DNA of 64,000 nucleotides from a virus. The translations under genes and the position numbers were made by a program. Below the pieces are notes generated by a model that saw only the letters and a program-made list of their open reading frames with translations, was not told the origin of the DNA and made no database searches. Below, piece by piece: positions 59,295 to 64,000 of this stretch. Position 1 is the first letter of the stretch. Every line of letters begins with the position of its first letter. The stretch lies in IMG/VR virus record IMGVR_UViG_3300036945_000641, positions 1-64,000 of that record; one strand, given 5' to 3'.

Positions 59295-59323
59295 ATTATA
59301 CCGTAATCGGGGATATAGTTCAA
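59295..59323 (-). promoter_or_regulatory. Sigma70 promoter
   Basis: TTGAAC-N17-TATAAT. Confidence 0.75.
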
Positions 59324-59333
59324 GTTTAAATTT

Positions 59334-59408
59334 TGGTACGTCGTGACGGGTTCGAACCGCCGACCCTCTCCGTGTAAAGGAGACGCTCTACCGCTGAGCT
59401 AACAACGC
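59334..59408 (-). tRNA. tRNA-Val(TAC)
   Basis: Cloverleaf with encoded CCA. Confidence 0.92.
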
Positions 59409-59546
59409 ATTTATTCTGTCTAATACAAGCTGCTTTTGACTATCACTTAGGGTAGTCCAGTCAATAAGTTCTTGCTTTGTTCTCCAGCAGCCAACACAAA
59501 CGTCATCTACTAGACGGCATATTTTAATACAAGGAGAAGGTGCCAT
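59388..59546 (-). CDS. DUF1289-like Cys-rich protein, 52 aa (not in the ORF track)
   Basis: SPCIKICRL...CVGCWRTKQELIDW; the stop codon lies inside tRNA-Val. Confidence 0.75.
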   Translation of the reverse strand: MAPSPCIKICRLVDDVCVGCWRTKQELIDWTTLSDSQKQLVLDRINALLAQR

Positions 59547-59552
59547 CAGAGA

Positions 59553-59849
59553 TTATAGCGGTGCAATTTTTCGTAGTGTGCTGGTTTTATGACCAACAAT
59601 TGTGTCAGTGGGCTTGTACTCACCATCACCGTCAGCTTTGTATACTCTGATTAGCGCACCTGGATCTTCTGGTGTGCCTGTAATCTCAAAACTACTGCCA
59701 GGCACTGGCTCTTTGCCGTCAGTGATAATTTTTGTTACTTTGCCACGTGCAGTACCGCCGCTGGAATTCCAGCTAACGCTATCACCACGCTTAATATTTT
59801 TAGCTTCTTTGATAACTTTATCAAGAGCATTAATAGACATATCTGTCAT
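59553..59849 (-). CDS. DUF2945/HVA1 Tudor-like protein
   Basis: GDSVSWNS.GG...GKV...GHK.STL motif; start moved to MTDMS (AAGGA RBS) to avoid tRNA-Gly. Confidence 0.65.
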   Translation of the reverse strand: MTDMSINALDKVIKEAKNIKRGDSVSWNSSGGTARGKVTKIITDGKEPVPGSSFEITGTPEDPGALIRVYKADGDGEYKPTDTIVGHKTSTLRKIAPL

Positions 59850-59861
59850 AATTTTCCTTAG

Positions 59862-59935
59862 TGGAGCGGGGTGCGAGAATCGAACTCGCAACTCTAACTT
59901 GGAAGGATAGCGTTTTGCCACTAAACTAACCCCGC
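59862..59935 (-). tRNA. tRNA-Gly(TCC)
   Basis: Cloverleaf, U73, encoded CCA. Confidence 0.92.
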
Positions 59936-59936
59936 A

Positions 59937-60167
59937 TTATCTCTTTCGTTTTTCAGCACCAATTCGTGATGCTTTGTTCCAGTCATAGGCAATACCATCA
60001 GGGCAGACACCATCTTTAATGCTGTCTACACCAAATTTACCTACAATTTCTATTGTGCCATCGGTAATAGTCACAAATTCGTCTACATACTTGGCCATTT
60101 CCATAGCCACGGTTAGGTCTTTTGATTGGCCTCTAACATAGCCTTGTTCATCTATTACTTTATACAT
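59937..60167 (-). CDS. Hypothetical protein
   Basis: Fits exactly between two tRNA genes. Confidence 0.65.
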   Translation of the reverse strand: MYKVIDEQGYVRGQSKDLTVAMEMAKYVDEFVTITDGTIEIVGKFGVDSIKDGVCPDGIAYDWNKASRIGAEKRKR

Positions 60168-60173
60168 ATAACT

Positions 60174-60249
60174 TGGTGCGGGCTACAGGGTTCGAACCTG
60201 CGACCTGTTCGTTGGCAACGAACTGCTCTACCAGCTGAGCTAAGCACGC
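60174..60249 (-). tRNA. tRNA-Gly(GCC), atypical
   Basis: Cloverleaf with A73 and a U4-C69 mismatch. Confidence 0.85.
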
Positions 60250-60250
60250 A

Positions 60251-60553
60251 TTAAAAGGGTACATCGTCATCGCTAAAGTTTACTTCTTGCACAGAAGGCT
60301 CGTCATACTCTTTAGTATACGGGTCAACTTCTTCAAGCTGATGACGTTGCTGGTTTTTAAAGCCAGCGTGTTCTTTGATTGTTTCTGTTACTATACCTGT
60401 GTATTTCATTAAGCCAGATTTATCTGCCCAAATTAGGTACTCGTAGTGATCTGGGATTACATCGCAGATTCTGCAACCTTGTAGTTTGCCAACACGTATT
60501 GTGTCAGTCATATCTAGTACAGTTGATTTTACATTTTTAAATGATATTGCCAT
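60251..60553 (-). CDS. Hypothetical protein (ExoX C-terminal-like motif, SSB-like DDDVPF tail)
   Basis: GK.QG..I.DV....YL.W motif; start moved to MAISFK. Confidence 0.6.
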   Translation of the reverse strand: MAISFKNVKSTVLDMTDTIRVGKLQGCRICDVIPDHYEYLIWADKSGLMKYTGIVTETIKEHAGFKNQQRHQLEEVDPYTKEYDEPSVQEVNFSDDDVPF

Positions 60554-60634
60554 AAGAAAGCACACTCTAAGGCTGCCGGACTCAAACCAGCTTGATTTAA
60601 TGGATGTGCCACACTAAGTGTGCTTACTTATGGC
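60549..60634 (-). ncRNA. Stem-closed RNA cassette (18-bp inverted repeat, 1 mismatch)
   Basis: GCCATAAGAAAGCACACT / AGTGTGCTTACTTATGGC around a 50-nt loop. Confidence 0.55.
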
Positions 60635-60722
60635 GGAAAGCAGAGGAGTCGAACCCCATCCCCGTTAGGAGAACCTGGTTTTCAAGGCCAGTCGCAGGAC
60701 CATCCCCGCTGCATTACTTTCC
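60631..60722 (-). tRNA. tRNA-Ser(TGA), 8/4-type fold
   Basis: 8-bp acceptor stem, 4-bp T stem, long variable arm, G73, CCA. Confidence 0.85.
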
Positions 60723-60728
60723 ACGTTT

Positions 60729-61334
60729 TTATTCTTGTTTTTCGGCCTCTAGCTGAGCGTGTTTCTCGGCTACAGCGCTAAGTCGTTTTACAACTTCATC
60801 TGAAGTCATCCAAATATCTTTGTTGTGTAGCATTGAGTCAATTTCTTCGTGTGTTAAGAAATCTGCGTAAACTTCACGCATAAAGTTTTCTGACCAGCGA
60901 CGTTCAAACTGTAGTTGGTCGTACATTTCTCCACCTTTGCCAAACACGCCTGCACTATAGTTGTGAAACATAAATAGTGAGTGTGGGGTTACTTCTTGCT
61001 GATGACCATGTAAGAAGATCATTGTTGCAGCACTCATGCAAGCGCCTTCAACTGAAGTAACAATAGTGGCTTCGGTCTCGCCCATAACTCGTAAAAATTG
61101 TAGTGTGGTATAAAGATCACCACCACCTGAGTTAATGTAGATACGAACTGTGTCAGCACTGGTGGCATTGCGAATTGTGTCAAACCACTCAATGTACTCT
61201 TGTGGCTCACAAATTTCACCACTCAAGTAGAACTCATATAAGCGTCCGATTGATTTAGAAAAGCTATTACCATTCTTGTCCGTTTCAAACAATTTAGGGT
61301 CGAGAATGTTTGTCTTTTTAGTTGTCATTTTCAT
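60729..61334 (-). CDS. ClpP-family serine protease
   Basis: YINSGGGD, ACMSAAT (Ser), FMFHN (His) and KDIWM (Asp) motifs. Confidence 0.88.
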   Translation of the reverse strand: MKMTTKKTNILDPKLFETDKNGNSFSKSIGRLYEFYLSGEICEPQEYIEWFDTIRNATSADTVRIYINSGGGDLYTTLQFLRVMGETEATIVTSVEGACMSAATMIFLHGHQQEVTPHSLFMFHNYSAGVFGKGGEMYDQLQFERRWSENFMREVYADFLTHEEIDSMLHNKDIWMTSDEVVKRLSAVAEKHAQLEAEKQE

Positions 61335-61355
61335 CTTATACTCGTTTATAAATTA

Positions 61356-61544
61356 GGGCCAGTATTCTGTTACGAGGAACTGGCAAAACCCTAAGCAGCG
61401 TTTAGGCTGCTAATGCGTACGTGTTATCGTTTGCAGTTATTTTTGTTTTGCTGTTACGACCAGGAAACCCCAGTCCTACGGCTGTCGCATTGCCGAGTTG
61501 TCTGCTTTAATACTCTTAGCCTAATCGAAAGCCAGGTCAGCCCC
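61356..61544 (-). ncRNA. ssrA: tmRNA coding piece (tag ANDNTYALAA at 61434-61402)
   Basis: Begins GGGGCTGA...TTCGA; resume context AAATAACT-GCA; tag ends YALAA-stop. 3' boundary approximate. Confidence 0.92.
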
Positions 61545-61633
61545 ATCAAAAGCACTCCTAGTGTTCTTAGGTCGGGAATTCCAGTCCTCAGCCGTATGAG
61601 AAACAGCTTACATACTACCCTACTCAATGCTTA

Positions 61634-61695
61634 TGGTGGAGCTGGCGGGAGTCGAACCCGCGTCTTAAACTCTTTTCTATCGGCTTCATACAACC
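61634..61695 (-). ncRNA. ssrA: tmRNA acceptor piece (permuted gene)
   Basis: GACGCGGGTTCGACTCCCGCCAGCTCCACCA pairs with GGGGCTG, giving G3-U70; AGTTTAA pairs with TTAGGCT of the coding piece. 5' boundary approximate. Confidence 0.9.
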
Positions 61696-61805
61696 ATACT
61701 ATAACACACTACCCTTGCTGGGTGCTCCCAGTTACCCGCGGAAGGTGTGCTCGAGCTTACTCCGCATATATGCATTAAGTGGCGAGTAGTGTGTTATAGT
61801 ATGGT
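61693..61805 (-). ncRNA. Stem-closed RNA cassette (perfect 20-bp inverted repeat)
   Basis: ACCATACTATAACACACTAC / GTAGTGTGTTATAGTATGGT around a 73-nt loop with two hairpins. Confidence 0.6.
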
Positions 61806-61876
61806 GCCGAATGTCGGGATTGAACTGACGACCTACCGCTTACAAGGCGGTTGCTCTACCACTGAGCTAATTCGGC
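61802..61876 (-). tRNA. tRNA-Thr(TGT)
   Basis: Cloverleaf with encoded CCA. Confidence 0.93.
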
Positions 61877-61955
61877 GTTCCAACTGTGACCTTATGCTCT
61901 TGGCGTTGGCCCTTGAGCAGCCCACATTTTTAAAGTCGTCTGGGAACTGACTAAT

Positions 61956-62030
61956 TGGAGTACGTGACAGGAGTCGAACCTGCATAGTACGGATTTGCAA
62001 TCCGCTCCCTAGCCATTCGGGTCACACGTA
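61956..62030 (-). tRNA. tRNA-Cys(GCA)
   Basis: Cloverleaf, U73, CCA. Confidence 0.9.
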
Positions 62031-62032
62031 CA

Positions 62033-62257
62033 TTAAATTTTGTTTTTAGTAACTAAAGCACTAAAAGTATTAAACGTCTGTTCAAACTTTAAACCATAGA
62101 TGGACTCTAAACCCGAGAGATAGTTTGAGATTTCATCAGTGGTCATTTCACCACCATCAGGCTTGCCTTCTAGTACATACAAGTTTAACAACTTAATATC
62201 TTCTACAACATTCCAGCAATTCATAATTTGCTGTTCTAGATCAAATCTGTCTGTCAT
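62033..62257 (-). CDS. Conserved phage hypothetical protein
   Basis: DRFDLEQQIM.CW.V.EDI motif; AAGGA RBS. Confidence 0.7.
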   Translation of the reverse strand: MTDRFDLEQQIMNCWNVVEDIKLLNLYVLEGKPDGGEMTTDEISNYLSGLESIYGLKFEQTFNTFSALVTKNKI

Positions 62258-62387
62258 TTTGTAGTTCCTTTAGTTTTTGTTTGAGTGCTATGTTTACAAA
62301 TTCACTTAGTGTGAGGTTTAATCTTTTTGCGGCTTGTTTTACTTGTTCTAGTAAATGTGCGTCAATATGTATTGTAATTGTTTTCAT
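62241..62387 (-). CDS. Ribbon-helix-helix (CopG-like) protein, 48 aa (not in the ORF track)
   Basis: MKTITIHIDAHLLEQVKQAAKRLNLTLSEFVNIALKQKL: beta strand followed by two helices. Confidence 0.65.
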   Translation of the reverse strand: MKTITIHIDAHLLEQVKQAAKRLNLTLSEFVNIALKQKLKELQNDRQI

Positions 62388-62388
62388 A

Positions 62389-62859
62389 CTAATTTGCAAG
62401 TACAAATTTTAATCGGTCAGCTGCATAACTTGCAGCAAATGCTTTGGGCTTTACCTGTGCGTCAATATTGCAAGTGCCTTTGATATATCCCACAGCTTGT
62501 TGCACTACTGCTGAACTCTTATATCGCTCATTGGGATTAATATCTAGGTGAACTTCTACGTAACGATCTTCTAGTACATCAGATAGTTCGTGAAATAGAT
62601 CACTTACTTTATAAACTTCTTGCATTAGTCGCATTGCTGGTTTATTGGCTTTTTGATCCCAGTCACGCTCTCTGTGAACGTCACCAAAAATCTTACAGCC
62701 ATGGTTTCCATCAATGTGTACTACAATAGCTAAAGTATAGTCTGCATACCATTTACCATGTACTTGTACTCGTTGGCTGTCAGCACCTAAATAAATTTTA
62801 GTTTCTGGCGAGCTTTGCCGAATATAGTCTTTTACTTCTTGTAGATTAAATTTACGCAT
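62389..62859 (-). CDS. RNase H-like YkuK-family protein
   Basis: YLGADSQ, RL..EV, EVHLDIN and A.YAAD motifs. Confidence 0.8.
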   Translation of the reverse strand: MRKFNLQEVKDYIRQSSPETKIYLGADSQRVQVHGKWYADYTLAIVVHIDGNHGCKIFGDVHRERDWDQKANKPAMRLMQEVYKVSDLFHELSDVLEDRYVEVHLDINPNERYKSSAVVQQAVGYIKGTCNIDAQVKPKAFAASYAADRLKFVLAN

Positions 62860-62872
62860 AATTTTAGTTGTT

Positions 62873-62949
62873 TGGTGGGTCTAGAAAGATTCGAACTCTC
62901 ACACCTCAGCTTCGTAGGCTGGGACACTTTCCAGTTGTGCTATAGACCC
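62873..62949 (-). tRNA. tRNA-Arg(ACG)
   Basis: Cloverleaf with CCA. Confidence 0.88.
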
Positions 62950-62955
62950 AATATG

Positions 62956-63029
62956 TGGCACGGGGACTAGGGCTCGAACCTAGAACGACACAGTCAAAGT
63001 GTGTTGTGTTACCATTACACCATCCCCGA
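62956..63029 (-). tRNA. tRNA-Gln(TTG)
   Basis: Cloverleaf, unpaired 1-72, G73, CCA. Confidence 0.9.
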
Positions 63030-63035
63030 ACAATT

Positions 63036-63114
63036 TGGCTCCGTATCTGGGGTTCGAACCCAGCTAATCATTGATTAACAGTCAAGTCCGTGCACCTAGC
63101 TCGGATTCTACGGA
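63036..63114 (-). tRNA. tRNA-Asn(GTT)
   Basis: Cloverleaf with enlarged D loop, G73, CCA. Confidence 0.85.
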
Positions 63115-63119
63115 ATAGA

Positions 63120-63275
63120 TTACCAATGTCTGATAACACCGGCAACAATAAATATATTAGTTATGATATAGCACATAACAATTGCTGTTCTTATAAGGGC
63201 TACTTTATCAGCCTGAGAATCATCCCCTGCTTTTTCACCTAAGGCTTTTGCCCATAATGTCCAGAGTTTTTTCAT
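63120..63275 (-). CDS. Small membrane protein
   Basis: MKKLWTLWAKALGEKAG...ADKVALIRT...IVAGVIRHW, a family common in phages. Confidence 0.7.
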   Translation of the reverse strand: MKKLWTLWAKALGEKAGDDSQADKVALIRTAIVMCYIITNIFIVAGVIRHW

Positions 63276-63376
63276 ATTTAATTCTAGTGCTCGGTGCGCC
63301 ATCCCCGAGTGAGCTTCAATACCAGAGAAGGATAGTATCTACACACTATAGCGCGTTTTCACTAGAATTAAATATG
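63273..63376 (-). ncRNA. Stem-closed RNA cassette (perfect 17-bp inverted repeat)
   Basis: CATATTTAATTCTAGTG / CACTAGAATTAAATATG around a 70-nt loop. Confidence 0.55.
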
Positions 63377-63486
63377 CTGGTTACTTTATCCAGCGCCAAT
63401 TATCGAATGGCAGTTCAATTGCTCGGACGTCAGCAGGAACAACCCTTGCTCTAACCGTTTACGTCTAACGAACCTAAGGCAGGTCT

Positions 63487-63562
63487 TGGCGGGTCTAGGG
63501 GGTAACGATCCCCACTCTTCGGCAGTGACAGTGCCGTGTGCGTCCATGAACACTTTAGACCC
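63487..63562 (-). tRNA. tRNA-Asp(GTC)
   Basis: Cloverleaf with atypical T loop ATCGTTA, G73, CCA. Confidence 0.85.
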
Positions 63563-63566
63563 AAAT

Positions 63567-63650
63567 TGGTACGAGAGAAGGGACTCGAACCCTTAATCCT
63601 TGCGGCGGCAGATTTTAAGTCTGCTGTGTATACCATTCCACCACTCTCGC
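63567..63650 (-). tRNA. tRNA-Leu(TAA)
   Basis: Type II cloverleaf with CCA. Confidence 0.93.
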
Positions 63651-63654
63651 GTAA

Positions 63655-63782
63655 ACCATATAAAAACACTTTGCTAGTACTTGAATCTATGACAACCCTA
63701 CTTCATGGCCGATTCTTGCTTTAGTCGACTTGGCAAGCATTGCGGAGTTCCACTGTAGTTGTTCAAAGTGTTTTTATATGGT
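63655..63782 (-). ncRNA. Stem-closed RNA cassette (perfect 19-bp inverted repeat)
   Basis: ACCATATAAAAACACTTTG / CAAAGTGTTTTTATATGGT around a 90-nt loop. Confidence 0.6.
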
Positions 63783-63871
63783 GGATTAGGTTGGATTCGA
63801 ACCAACAGTGTTTTCCCAGAGGGGACGGATTTACAGTCCGCCGATGCACACGCCATAGCATCAACTAATCC
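63779..63871 (-). tRNA. tRNA-Tyr(GTA)
   Basis: Type II cloverleaf with a 5-bp D stem (GATGC/GCATC) and CCA. Confidence 0.88.
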
Positions 63872-63887
63872 ATTTGTTTAAGAACTA

Positions 63888-63916
63888 ATTATATCAAGAA
63901 ATAGCTCTTGAGTCAA
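63888..63916 (-). promoter_or_regulatory. Sigma70 promoter within the tRNA cluster
   Basis: TTGACT-N17-TATAAT with TG. Confidence 0.8.
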
Positions 63917-63926
63917 ATCAGAAATT

Positions 63927-64000
63927 TGGCATCCCGAGAGGGACTCGAACCCCCACTTACGGTTTTGGAGACCGCAGTGCTGCCATTACACTATCGAGAG
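63927..64000 (-). tRNA. tRNA-Trp(CCA)
   Basis: Cloverleaf ending GCCA; the 5' end coincides with the window edge. Confidence 0.88.

Noticed and set aside
60631-60722. tRNA-Sec or an opal suppressor
   Set aside because: The anticodon is UGA (reads Ser UCA), not UCA. No selenoprotein machinery is present in the window.
61413-61950. Plus-strand ORFs of 121 and 67 aa
   Set aside because: They are antisense to the tmRNA and tRNA-Thr and have no protein-like features.
63248-63724. Short ORFs overlapping tRNA-Asp/Leu and the cassettes
   Set aside because: They are chance translations of RNA genes.
60549-63782. CRISPR array or transposon/MITE ends for the inverted-repeat cassettes
   Set aside because: The repeats are inverted, differ between copies and are not regularly spaced. 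No cas gene, transposase or target-site duplication is visible.
1-64000. Stop-codon reassignment
   Set aside because: Core genes are intact under the standard code, all three stop codons terminate genes, and no suppressor tRNA is present.

Overview
This is a 64-kb segment of a lytic, T5-like siphophage genome (Demerecviridae-like gene order). Spanins, sigma70-type promoters and an ANDNTYALAA tmRNA tag point to a Gram-negative, probably proteobacterial, host. The plus strand (1-34.2 kb) holds the tail genes: terminator, major tail tube, a -1 frameshifted tail chaperone pair, a ~2315-aa tape measure protein, tail tip proteins, a very acidic repeat protein and four fibre/chaperone gene pairs. 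These are followed by an expanded lysis/membrane cluster and phoH. The minus strand (34.3-64 kb) holds an autonomous Gly/Gln-rich plus collagen-like two-gene cassette, class II RNR, dUTPase, the T5-type D15-D2 replication/recombination block, and a split NAD+ ligase with a GIY-YIG endonuclease between its halves. It ends in a tRNA cluster of 14 tRNAs. The most notable signals are in that cluster: (i) a circularly permuted two-piece tmRNA directly upstream of a ClpP-like protease; (ii) a family of 50-90-nt structured RNA cassettes closed by 17-20-bp inverted repeats, three with the consensus CCAUA-N5-RCAC and two covering a downstream start codon; (iii) an 8/4-type tRNA-Ser; and (iv) two ORFs whose stop codons lie inside tRNA genes. 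All product calls come from motif recognition and synteny; no database searches were run.
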